The translations under genes were made by a program, and so were the position numbers. From Actinomycetes bacterium (GTDB lineage Bacteria > Actinomycetota > CALGFH01), in assembly GCA_036392615.1 (NCBI GenBank), contig DASVXQ010000058.1, forward strand, positions 2,123-66,122: a stretch of 64,000 nucleotides of DNA, in the 5' to 3' direction. Shown piece after piece: positions 27,033 to 35,244 of the stretch (positions are counted from its first letter, which is position 1; every line of letters begins with the position of its first letter). The notes beneath the pieces are model-generated. The model did no database searches. It was not told the DNA's origin and worked only from the letters and a program-made list of their open reading frames with translations.

Positions 27033-27668
27033 CTACCCCGAGATCTCCTTGGCCACCTTGGCGAGGTCCTCGACCAGGCCGCGGTAGGCGTCCGCGCGGG
27101 CCTCGTCGTCCGGGGCGCGCAGCACCGACGAGGGGTGGACGGTGGCCAGCACGCGTGGGGCGAGCTCCGAGGAGACGAACTGCCCGCGCTGGCGGGTGAC
27201 GCGGAAGGCGCTGCCGAGCAGGGCCTGCGCGGCGGTCGCCCCGAGGCACACCAGCACACGGGGCTTGACGACCGCAAGCTCCGCGTCGAGCCACGGCCGG
27301 CAGGCGCGGATCTCCTCCGCGTTGGGCTTCTTGTGCAGGCGCAGCTTGCCGCGCCGCGTCCACTTGAAGTGCTTGACGGCGTTGGTCACGTAGACCTGCC
27401 GCCGGTCGATGCCCGCCTCCTCGAGCGCCCGGTCCAGCAGCTTGCCGGCCGGGCCGGCGAAGGGCCTGCCGGTCCGGTCCTCCACGTCACCGGGCTGCTC
27501 GCCGACCAGGACGACCTCAGCGTTCGCCCGTCCCTCGCCGAAGACCGTCTGGGTCGCGTCCCGGTACAGGCCGCAGCCCTGGCAGCCCGTCGCGCGCTCG
27601 CGCAGCGTCTTCAGGGTCGGGTGATCGGGGATCAGCTCCTGGACGGGGGACGGCGGGCTGGCCGGCAT
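27033..27668 (-). CDS. Family 4-type uracil-DNA glycosylase of the UdgX subtype
   Basis: CQGC...GEQPGDVED (motif A), a VKHFKWTRRGKLRLHKKP insertion loop with a His (compare the KRRIH loop of UdgX), and HPSS (motif B). End-to-end resemblance to M. smegmatis UdgX, from memory. Confidence 0.8.
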   Translation of the reverse strand: MPASPPSPVQELIPDHPTLKTLRERATGCQGCGLYRDATQTVFGEGRANAEVVLVGEQPGDVEDRTGRPFAGPAGKLLDRALEEAGIDRRQVYVTNAVKHFKWTRRGKLRLHKKPNAEEIRACRPWLDAELAVVKPRVLVCLGATAAQALLGSAFRVTRQRGQFVSSELAPRVLATVHPSSVLRAPDDEARADAYRGLVEDLAKVAKEISG

Positions 27669-27761
27669 CTCGCGCCACCTCGGATCGGTTCCGACGATCG
27701 GGTCGCCTGGATGCCTACCACTACGCCGGTTGCGGAAACCCGGCCCCGACTCCCACCGCGG

Positions 27762-27914
27762 TCAGTCGTCCCCGGACCGCGACCGGTCGCCTGTCCTGGA
27801 GATCTTGGCCGGATGCGGGCTGACGAAGCGTCCCTCCAGGCCCGAGGTCAACAGCAGGATCGCCAGCAGAGCGACCGGGAACAACGCCACGACGCCGAGC
27901 ATGAGCAACGACAA
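27762..27914 (-). CDS. Possible small membrane protein (about 50 aa)
   Basis: GGAGGA lies 7 nt upstream of TTG 27914. The product SLLMLGVVALFPVALLAILLLTSGLEGRF... is a single TM segment. It is embedded in the longer track ORF 27762-28025. Confidence 0.3.
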   Translation of the reverse strand: MSLLMLGVVALFPVALLAILLLTSGLEGRFVSPHPAKISRTGDRSRSGDD

Positions 27915-28140
27915 TGTGGATCCTCCTCGCTCGCCGCGCCCCAGAACAGCGTGCCCTGTGACGCTAGGGAAGAAGTGCACGCGGATGCGGCTAGTGTTAG
28001 CGAGTATCGGCGCGGTCATGCACACCCCTCAGCGTCGTTATCCGATTGTGTCCAAGGTGGTGCCGAGGCGTGCCGGATGTCGGCGTGCCAACGGTTCGCC
28101 ACCCGCCCGGTCGGTAGGGCCGCTCTGCTATCGTCGCGCC

Positions 28141-28971
28141 ATGCCCGGCTTCGACCTCCACACCCACTCGACCTGCTCGGACGGAACCCTGCGCCCGAGC
28201 GAGGTCGTCGACCTGGCGCTGCGGCGTGACCTCGCCGGCATCGCGCTGACCGACCACGACACCACCGCCGGGCTGGACGAGGCTCGCGGGGCCGCCCGGG
28301 ACCGCGGCCTGGCGGTGCTCACCGGCTGCGAGCTCTCGGCGGAGCACGAGGGCCAGCCGGTCCACGTGCTCGGCTACGCCTTCGACCCGGCGGAGCCGGA
28401 CTTCCGCGCCAAGCGCGAGTGGATCCGCGAGGGCCGGGTCGGCCGCGCCGAGCGGATGGTCCGGCGCATGCGCGAGCTCGGCGCCGACGTGCGCTTCGAG
28501 CGGGTGCTCGAGCTGGCGGGAAGCGCCTCGGTCGGCCGCCCGCACATCGCCCGCGCCATGGTCGAGGCCGGCGTGGTGCCCGACGTCGCCGGCGCCTTCT
28601 CCCAGGAGTGGATCGGCACCGGCGGCCGCGCCTACGTCCCCAAGGTGGCGGTGACGCCGGTCGAGGCGGTCGAGCTGATCCGTGGGGCCGGCGGAGTGGT
28701 GGTGCTGGCGCACCCGTCGATCCACGCCGGCGCCAAGGCGGTGCCCGAGCCGGTCATCCGCGCGATGGCCGCGGCGGGCATGGCCGGGCTGGAGGTCGAC
28801 CACCCCGACCAGCCGGAGGAGGACCGCGCGCACTGGCGCGAGCTCGCCGCCGAGCTTGGGCTGGAGCCCACCGGCTCGTCGGACTGCCACGGCGCGCTCT
28901 ACGGCTACCGTATGGGCGTCTGCCGCACGCCCGAGCCGGTGCTCGAGCGGCTGCTGGCCCGCGCCGGCTGA
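28141..28971 (+). CDS. PHP-domain phosphoesterase (TrpH/YciV-like)
   Basis: MPGFDLHTHSTCSDGTL..., LTDHDT and ...LAHP... are PHP metal-binding motifs. 276 aa from ATG 28141. Confidence 0.85.
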   Translation: MPGFDLHTHSTCSDGTLRPSEVVDLALRRDLAGIALTDHDTTAGLDEARGAARDRGLAVLTGCELSAEHEGQPVHVLGYAFDPAEPDFRAKREWIREGRVGRAERMVRRMRELGADVRFERVLELAGSASVGRPHIARAMVEAGVVPDVAGAFSQEWIGTGGRAYVPKVAVTPVEAVELIRGAGGVVVLAHPSIHAGAKAVPEPVIRAMAAAGMAGLEVDHPDQPEEDRAHWRELAAELGLEPTGSSDCHGALYGYRMGVCRTPEPVLERLLARAG

Positions 28972-29040
28972 GCCCGGCCGGCCGGGTCCCGACTCGGGCG
29001 GTCTGGTCCAAAGGTCGCAGGGGGAGCGTAGCCTCGGCTC

Positions 29041-29832
29041 ATGCGCACGAACGACTCCGCCCAGCAGAGCCTTCCTGGGATCGACTCGAGCCCGGTCACC
29101 TATCTCAGCCCGTCGGCGCTGGACCGCTACCAGCACTGCCCGCGGCTGTACCGCTTCCTCTACGTCGACGGGATGTGGAACCGCTCGCGCGTCACCGCCA
29201 CCCAGTCCTTCGGGACCAGCATCCACGCGGTCATGCGGGAGTTCTTCCGCATGCCGGTCGCCCGCCGCAGCCTCGACCGGCTGCTGGGACTGCTGCGCGA
29301 CTGCTGGGTCCGCGAGGGCTACCGCAACCGCGAGGAGCTCCAGAGCGAGCGGGAGCGCGCGACCGAGGCGCTCAAGGAGTGGTACCAGCGCGCCGACGTC
29401 GAGGCGGTCCCGTACGCCACCGAGGTGGATCTCCAGGCGAACTGGGGTGAGGTCGTGCTCAAGGGCCGGCTGGACCGGGTCGACACCGACCGCGACGGCG
29501 GCCTGGTGGTGGTCGACTACAAGACCGGCCGGCGGCCGGTCAGCCAGGCGTCGGCCGACGCGGACCCGGCGCTGACCATCTACGCCGCCTTGGCGGAGCG
29601 GCGGCTGCACCGGCCGGTCAACCGCCTGGTGCTCGACTATGTGGTCGCCGGGACCAGGGTCGAGACCGAGCGGCCGCCGGAGGTGCTCGCCGAGCGCCTC
29701 GGCGAGGTGCTGGAGGAGGCCGCCAGGCTGCGGGCAGATCGCGTGTTCGTGCCACGCACCGGGCCGTGGTGCTCGGCGTGCGACCTGCTCGGGGCGTGTC
29801 CCGACGGGCAGCGGGAGATCAGTCCCGGATGA
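29041..29832 (+). CDS. PD-(D/E)XK nuclease, RecB-family/Cas4-like exonuclease with C-terminal Cys cluster
   Basis: N-terminal Cys (YQHCPRLY), core GRLDRVD...VVVDYKTG (D...D/E-x-K), and C-terminal CSACDLLGACP (Fe-S type Cys triad). Confidence 0.78.
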   Translation: MRTNDSAQQSLPGIDSSPVTYLSPSALDRYQHCPRLYRFLYVDGMWNRSRVTATQSFGTSIHAVMREFFRMPVARRSLDRLLGLLRDCWVREGYRNREELQSERERATEALKEWYQRADVEAVPYATEVDLQANWGEVVLKGRLDRVDTDRDGGLVVVDYKTGRRPVSQASADADPALTIYAALAERRLHRPVNRLVLDYVVAGTRVETERPPEVLAERLGEVLEEAARLRADRVFVPRTGPWCSACDLLGACPDGQREISPG

Positions 29833-29926
29833 GCTGAGTTGGACTCATCGCGTCGGCTCGTGTACAGAAGAGGTGGCGCCTTCCCTTGGGACGGGCTGCC
29901 GAAGTCGGAAGCGGGGGAGAGTCTTC

Positions 29927-30376
29927 TTGGAGGAACCGACGCTGGCCCGGAGAACGGGTCCCGCGGCGCACCTGCTCCTGCCGTGCAGGAGCGAGTCGGT
30001 GCACACCGTGCGGGCGCTGCTCCATCGCGACCTGGAACGCTGGCAGGTGTCCGAGGAGATCGCCGACGCCGTGCAGCTCGCGATCGCCGAGGCGGTCACC
30101 AACGCGGTGGTGAACGGGTCGTGGGGGCAGCGTGAACCGGTGCTGATGGTGCGGTGGTCCCTGGTGGACGGGCTGTTCACCTTCTCGGTGCAGGACCGCG
30201 GGCCGGGACTCGACAACTCCCGCCTGGCGATGTCGCGCCGCGCCCATCCCTCCCAGCACCGGGGCCGCGGGCTCTACGTCATGCAGGCCGTGATGGATCG
30301 CGTGGTGGTCGATTCCAGCCTGACCGGCACACGCATCCTGCTCGAGAAGACGCTGGAAGCGCCCGCGGCCGGCTGA
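29927..30376 (+). CDS. HATPase_c-type anti-sigma regulatory factor (RsbW/SpoIIAB-like Ser kinase)
   Basis: ...AVQLAIAEAVTNAV... (N box) and DRGPGL...GRGLYVMQAVMD (G boxes). TTG 29927 is preceded by GGGGGAGA, but the start is uncertain. No STAS partner lies nearby. Confidence 0.68.
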   Translation: MEEPTLARRTGPAAHLLLPCRSESVHTVRALLHRDLERWQVSEEIADAVQLAIAEAVTNAVVNGSWGQREPVLMVRWSLVDGLFTFSVQDRGPGLDNSRLAMSRRAHPSQHRGRGLYVMQAVMDRVVVDSSLTGTRILLEKTLEAPAAG

Positions 30377-30468
30377 TCAGGGATCGGCGAGCCAACTGCC
30401 GGGCCGGCGGCCGCCGCCGCCTCCCGTCCGGCGGCGACCTCCCAGCTGACCGGCTGCTGGAGCGATCG

Positions 30469-30693
30469 CTACTGGGCTTCGCCCGGCTGCGCGTCCTGCA
30501 TTGCGGGCCACATCCGCAGCTCTTCCGCGAGCGCCCGGATCTCGTTGTCCGGGTAACGGCGGTGGCCTCCAAGGGTCCGCAGGAAGGGCAGCTTGCCTTC
30601 CTGGGCCCAGCGGGAGACTGTCTTCGGAGACACGTGAAGTAGGCCGGCTACCTCGGAGGTTCGGAGATAGGTCGGCCGACTCGTGCGGCTCAT
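30469..30693 (-). CDS. bldC: BldC-like MerR/excisionase-type DNA-binding protein
   Basis: From ATG 30693 the product reads MSRTSRPTYLRTSEVAGLLHVSPKTVSRWAQEGKLPFLRTLGGHRRYPDNEIRALAEEL. It closely follows the BldC pattern ...V.PKTV.RWA..GKL...RTLGGHRRY...E.RAL. Confidence 0.78.
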   Translation of the reverse strand: MSRTSRPTYLRTSEVAGLLHVSPKTVSRWAQEGKLPFLRTLGGHRRYPDNEIRALAEELRMWPAMQDAQPGEAQ

Positions 30694-30718
30694 TGGTCGA
30701 CACCCCTTCGGCGGTTGC

Positions 30719-30755
30719 GTCCCGGCACGGGACTGCTGTTGTCCCAATAGGGACA
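30719..30755. promoter_or_regulatory. Two adjacent GTCCC..GGGAC palindromes upstream of bldC
   Basis: GTCCCG-GCA-CGGGAC (30719-30733) and TGTCCC-AATA-GGGACA (30740-30755) lie 26-62 bp upstream of the bldC ATG. Confidence 0.3.
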
Positions 30756-31013
30756 CTATCCGCTTCCAGCAAAATTGCAGAATAAGTGGTTCTACCTAGG
30801 AAACCTCGAACCAGCCGTATGCCCCAGTGCTCACGATTCATCGGTTTCCGCAGGCCAGAGCAAGCAATTCAGAACGACGCGCACGGAAGCGAACGATCCG
30901 GGTGCATTACGAAATAGTGCTGAGAGAGGAAGTTCGGCCAGACGGAGCCGTCCGACCGCGCCGCGTTCCGGGGCGCGGGTACCCTTCCTGAGCCGAGAGG
31001 AGGGCCGCCACCC

Positions 31014-31832
31014 ATGACCTGCTTCACCTGCCGGACCTGCGCCGTCCAGTACGCCGACAGTCCGCAACCCCCCGAGCGCTGCCCGATCTGCGAGGACGAG
31101 CGCCAGTACGTCGGCTGGCAGGGCCAGCGTTGGACCACCATCGAGGAGCTCGCCGCCGAAGGGCTCCAGTCCGAGGTGCGCGAGCTGGAGCCGGGGCTCA
31201 CCGGCATCGGCACGACCCCGTCGCTGGCGATCGGCCAGCGGGCGCTGCTGGTCCAGACCGACGGCGGCAACGTGCTGTGGGACTGCCCCGGCTTCCTCGA
31301 CGACGCGGCCATCCAGCGGGTCCGCGAGCTCGGCGGGCTGGCCGGCATCTCCGCCTCGCACCCGCACTTCTACGGCTGCATGGTCGAGTGGAGCCACGCC
31401 TTCGACGCCCCGGTCTGGGTGCCGCGCGCGGACGAGCGCTGGCTCATGCGCCCCGACCCGAACGTGCGCCTCTGGGAGGGACGCCAGGAGATCGTCCCGG
31501 GCGTCGCCCTCGTCCAGTGCGGTGGCCATTTCGAGGGCTCCGCGGTGCTGCACTGGGCCGGCGGCGCGGAGGGCCGCGGTGCGCTGCTGGTCGGCGACAC
31601 CGTCACCGTGGTCAACGACCGGCGCTTCGTCTCCTTCATGCGCAGCTACCCCAACCTCATCCCGCTGCCCGCCGCCGAGGTGGACCGGATCGCCCGGACC
31701 CTGGAGCCGCTCGAGTTCGACCGCATCTACGGCGGCTGGTGGGACCGGGACGTGCGCCAGGGCGCCCACGACGCCGTGCGCGCCTCGGCCCGCCGCTACA
31801 TCGCCTGGGTCGAGCGCATGCAGAGCCCGTAG
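31014..31832 (+). CDS. MBL-fold metallo-hydrolase with N-terminal Cys4 zinc-ribbon
   Basis: CFTCRTC...CPICEDE, then a beta-lactamase-fold-like region (ISASHPHFYG...). 272 aa. Confidence 0.75.
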   Translation: MTCFTCRTCAVQYADSPQPPERCPICEDERQYVGWQGQRWTTIEELAAEGLQSEVRELEPGLTGIGTTPSLAIGQRALLVQTDGGNVLWDCPGFLDDAAIQRVRELGGLAGISASHPHFYGCMVEWSHAFDAPVWVPRADERWLMRPDPNVRLWEGRQEIVPGVALVQCGGHFEGSAVLHWAGGAEGRGALLVGDTVTVVNDRRFVSFMRSYPNLIPLPAAEVDRIARTLEPLEFDRIYGGWWDRDVRQGAHDAVRASARRYIAWVERMQSP

Positions 31833-31837
31833 CGGGC

Positions 31838-32335
31838 TCAGCCCCGCTCGACCGGGTCGATCCGGGCCTCGACCAGCTCGCCGTGCTCGATCCGGAGCAG
31901 TCCCGTGGTCCCGCTCGGCTGGCGCCGCCGGTCGGTGGGGGAGCCGGGGTTGAAGATCCGCAGGCCGTCGCCTGTCGAGTCGAGCGGGATGTGCGAGTGG
32001 CCGAAGACCACCAGATCCGCCTCGGGGAAGCGGCGCCGCATCCGCCGCGAGCGCCCCGCGGCCGGACCGGCGTCGTGGATCATGGCCACGCGCAGGCCGT
32101 CAAGGTCCAGCTGGAGCGTGTCCGGCGCGCCCCACTCGGCGACGTCGGCGGTGTCGTTGTTGCCGAGCACCACCCGGACCGGCGCGAAGGCGCCCAGCTC
32201 GTCGAGCACGAAGGCGCGGCAGACGTCGCCCGCGTGCAGGATCAGGTCCACGCCCTCCAGGCGCCTGGCCACCGCCGGGGGACAGCGCTTCCAGAAGCGC
32301 GGGGCGTGGGTGTCGGACAGCACCGCGACGCGCAT
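31838..32335 (-). CDS. YfcE/MJ0936-type metallophosphoesterase
   Basis: MRVAVLSDTHA...HAGD...GNND...GHSH are calcineurin-like motifs. 165 aa from ATG 32335. Confidence 0.85.
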   Translation of the reverse strand: MRVAVLSDTHAPRFWKRCPPAVARRLEGVDLILHAGDVCRAFVLDELGAFAPVRVVLGNNDTADVAEWGAPDTLQLDLDGLRVAMIHDAGPAAGRSRRMRRRFPEADLVVFGHSHIPLDSTGDGLRIFNPGSPTDRRRQPSGTTGLLRIEHGELVEARIDPVERG

Positions 32336-32346
32336 CCGCCCATGAT

Positions 32347-33234
32347 TCAGGACCGCTGCTCGTCGAGCCAGCGCGCGATGATCGCGCCGACCTCCGGGCC
32401 CGCGTCCTCCTGGAGATAGTGACCGGCGTTCCCGATCGGTCGCGGTGCCGGCCAGTCCAGCGCCTGGGCGAGCGCCTCGCCCGCCGCCAGGGGCAGCGCG
32501 CGGTCCTCTTGCCCCCAAAGCAGCAGCACCGGCCGCCGGTCGTCGACCAGCGCCGCGAAGGTCCGCCCGCCGGCGGCGGCTCCCGGGGCATCCGGCGTCA
32601 ACGGGATCAGCCTGGGGAAGACCTTCGCGCCCGCCTTCGCCTCCCGCTCCGGGAACGGCGCCTCGTAGGCCGCCACCACCTCGTCGCCCGGGTCGCGCGC
32701 GCAGCCCCGGCGCACCAGGAAGCCGATCGGCAGGTCGTCGCTGCGGGCCACGAAGTCGGCGAACCGGTGCCAGGCCTCGCTCATCGTCTGGTGGCCGGTG
32801 AACACGCCGGTGTCCATCGCCACCATCCGCGCGACCCGGTCCGGGTGCTCCACGGCCACCCGCAGCCCGATCGGCCCGCCCCAGTCGTGCAGCACCAGGG
32901 TCACGTCACGAAGGTCGAGGTCCTCCAGCAGCGAGGCGATCCCCTCGGTGTGCCGGTCGTAGCTGTACCAGCGCGGGTCGGTCGGCTTGTCGGACCGCCC
33001 GAACCCCACGAGGTCGGGCGCAACGCAGCGGAACCCCGCGTCCCGCACCGGCGGGATCACCTTGCGCCACAGGAACGACCAGGTCGGCTCCCCGTGCAGG
33101 AAGACGACCGGTGCGCCCTCGCCGGTCTCGACGTGCGCCAGCCGTAGCCCGCCGACCTCGCGATACCTCGGCGCGTAGCCGAACTCCGGGAGCTCCTCGA
33201 ACCGCTCCTCCGGCGTCCGATAGGTCGAGGTCAT
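32347..33234 (-). CDS. Haloalkane dehalogenase-type alpha/beta hydrolase
   Basis: ...FLHGEPTWSFLWRKVIP..., VLHDWGGPIG (nucleophile elbow with Asp) and ...GHYLQED. Start ATG 33234 is preceded by GGGAGGAG. Confidence 0.82.
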   Translation of the reverse strand: MTSTYRTPEERFEELPEFGYAPRYREVGGLRLAHVETGEGAPVVFLHGEPTWSFLWRKVIPPVRDAGFRCVAPDLVGFGRSDKPTDPRWYSYDRHTEGIASLLEDLDLRDVTLVLHDWGGPIGLRVAVEHPDRVARMVAMDTGVFTGHQTMSEAWHRFADFVARSDDLPIGFLVRRGCARDPGDEVVAAYEAPFPEREAKAGAKVFPRLIPLTPDAPGAAAGGRTFAALVDDRRPVLLLWGQEDRALPLAAGEALAQALDWPAPRPIGNAGHYLQEDAGPEVGAIIARWLDEQRS

Positions 33235-33281
33235 CGGCTCCTCCCTGTTGCGCGGTCGTCTCCCTGCGCGAATGCGGCATT

Positions 33282-33306
33282 CCAATAGGGTTGACTGCAA
33301 TAGGGA
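33282..33306. promoter_or_regulatory. Direct repeat of CAATAGGG (15 bp apart) upstream of the dehalogenase gene; same 9-mer as upstream of bldC
   Basis: CCAATAGGG at 33282-33290 and GCAATAGGGA at 33297-33306. An identical CCAATAGGG lies at 30744-30752. Confidence 0.35.
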
Positions 33307-33486
33307 ACAATCTACCCTTGTCCTACGCGGTCACGCGTTTCTCCAGGGCATCGGCAGAGGCGAATTCAACGCGGGCGGCAAATAACCTGGCTGCAGTGGC
33401 GAGCCGGCGGTCCCCGACTGACGACTGCGGGGCGTCGTCGCACGGGGACCGCCGGTATTCCCGCCACCGGGCGTCCCTCTGCTTCC

Positions 33487-33630
33487 TCAGGAACGCCGGT
33501 CCTTCGTGTCGCCAGTCCAGATGCTGGTGATCCAACGCACCTCGATGGCGACCATCCCAAGCAGGCCGAGGAGCAGGAGAAGCAACAGCAAGGCTCCGAT
33601 GGTGATCAGCAGCGTCTCGAGCGCGCGCAT
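33487..33630 (-). CDS. Possible small membrane protein (47 aa), below the ORF-track size cutoff
   Basis: Own translation gives MRALETLLITIGALLLLLLLLGLLGMVAIEVRWITSIWTGDTKDRRS. GGGGAG lies 9 nt upstream of ATG 33630. Confidence 0.3.
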   Translation of the reverse strand: MRALETLLITIGALLLLLLLLGLLGMVAIEVRWITSIWTGDTKDRRS

Positions 33631-34093
33631 CGTGCTCGTCTCCCCTCTGTCGAGAGGCCGTCGCTGGAACCGGTCAAGCGGCCCGGGTCGCTACAGCTTG
33701 GGCGCTGCGGGCTCAAGGCTTGCTCAGCCAGCCGATCGGAGCTGCTGCGCGTCTGGTCGCGGTCCCGCCTCCCAGCCGATCTCGTCGGGATGGCGAGCCA
33801 TCAGGCTGTCAACGCATTCGCAGAGCTTCTGCTACTTGGACCATTATCCGGATATCATCACGGATGCGCAAGTTGCATTTCAAGAATCTCGTATAGACCT
33901 TTGCTTAATCGAACTTGCAGACCGGTCTTCGCGCATCGGGCCTCGCGATCCGGGAATCCCGCCATGGTGCTCCAGTCATCCGCAACTGCCGGATCTGATG
34001 GAAGTGCGGTCAATCGGAGAGTGCAGCAACTTGCGGACTGCGAGATGCTCTGATTGACTGCGCCCGGTATGTCAGAAGAGGGAGGTGGGCGCC

Positions 34094-34939
34094 GTGGCCG
34101 GCCCCAGCCCTACCGTACGCCGACGCCGCCTCGCAGCCGAGCTGCGAGGGCTCCGGGAGGCAAAGGGCCTGACGATCGAGCAGGTAGCTCAGCTGATGGA
34201 GGTCTCGAGCTCAAAGATCTCCCGGATCGAGACGGCACAGGTGAGCACGCGGCTGCGCGACGTCAGGGATCTGCTGGACATCTACGAGGTCCAGGATGAC
34301 CGACGGGATACGTTGCTCAAGATCGCTCGTGACGCGCGCCAACGCACCTGGCTCGACGCCTTTTCTGATCTGCCGTTCGCCGCAGCCGCCGACATGGAGG
34401 GCGCAGCGTCCTCCATGCGGCTCTATTCAGCATTGGTCATACCGGGTCTCCTCCAGACGCCTGACTATGCGAGGGCCGTCATTCGCGCGATCCGCGTCGA
34501 CTCGGCGCAGGACGTGATCGACCGCATGGTGGAGCTGCGGAGGAGTCGACAGTCGATCCTCGAGCGCGAGGACTCTCCTGCCATCTGGGTGGTACTTGAC
34601 GAGGCGGTGCTCAGACGGCTCGTCGGCGGACCGGAGGTTCAACGGGCGCAACTGCACCGGCTGGTCGAGGTGACCCACCTCCCGCGGGTCACGCTCCAAG
34701 TCCTTCCGTTCACGGCCGGTGCCCACGCCGGTCTCGACGGAGAATTCACCATTATCGGCTTCCAGGAGGATGCCGATCAGGATGTCGTGTACATCGAGAA
34801 CACCACGAGTGAGCTCTACCTCGAGAGTACCGCCGAGATCCGGCAGTACTCGAAGTTGTTCGACCACCTCAGAGCGAAGGCAATCGACCCCGCACACTCA
34901 GCGGACTTCTTTGCCAGGGTGGCCAAGGAGTTGTCATAG
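34094..34939 (+). CDS. XRE-family HTH regulator with DUF5753 domain (WhiJ/Scr1-like)
   Basis: LAAELRGLREAKGLTIEQVAQLMEVSSSKISRIE (HTH_31) plus C-terminal ...LQVLPFTAGAHAGLDGEFTIIGF.... GTG 34094 lies 8 nt after GGAGG. Alternative GTG at 34085. Confidence 0.85.
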   Translation: MAGPSPTVRRRRLAAELRGLREAKGLTIEQVAQLMEVSSSKISRIETAQVSTRLRDVRDLLDIYEVQDDRRDTLLKIARDARQRTWLDAFSDLPFAAAADMEGAASSMRLYSALVIPGLLQTPDYARAVIRAIRVDSAQDVIDRMVELRRSRQSILEREDSPAIWVVLDEAVLRRLVGGPEVQRAQLHRLVEVTHLPRVTLQVLPFTAGAHAGLDGEFTIIGFQEDADQDVVYIENTTSELYLESTAEIRQYSKLFDHLRAKAIDPAHSADFFARVAKELS

Positions 34940-34961
34940 CTCTTACCGGAAAGGGACGGCC

Positions 34962-35168
34962 GTGGACCTGTCAACGATGACATGGCGCAAGAGCACGTAC
35001 AGCAACATGAACGGCTGTATCGAGGTGGCGTTTGCTGACGGGCGCATCGCTGTGCGGGACTCGAAAGATCGGCAGGGGCCCGTCCTGATCTTCGAACCGC
35101 ACGAGTGGGAAGCGTTCTTGGGTGGGGTGCGGGACGGGGAGTTCGATCTCGAGACGGGCTTTCACTAG
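34962..35168 (+). CDS. DUF397 domain protein
   Basis: WRKSTYSNMNGCIEVAF...IAVRDSKD is the canonical DUF397 motif. This family is the usual partner of WhiJ-type XRE genes. Confidence 0.85.
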   Translation: MDLSTMTWRKSTYSNMNGCIEVAFADGRIAVRDSKDRQGPVLIFEPHEWEAFLGGVRDGEFDLETGFH

Positions 35169-35191
35169 CCGGGTAGCCACAAGACGCTGAA

Positions 35192-35224
35192 GCGGCCGGC
35201 CGAGCGAGGTGCTCGGCCGGCCGC
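35192..35224. terminator. Perfect 14 bp GC-rich hairpin between convergent DUF397 and lon genes (bidirectional terminator candidate)
   Basis: GCGGCCGGCCGAGC-GAGGT-GCTCGGCCGGCCGC. There is no T-tract. Confidence 0.5.
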
Positions 35225-35244
35225 TGCTGATTGACGGTCGGTTG

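Noticed and set aside
33790-34053. 87 aa plus-strand ORF in the low-GC leader upstream of the XRE gene
   Set aside because: GC3 is very low compared with every supported gene, there is no RBS, and the composition is odd (Cys/Ser/His-rich). It is treated as non-coding.
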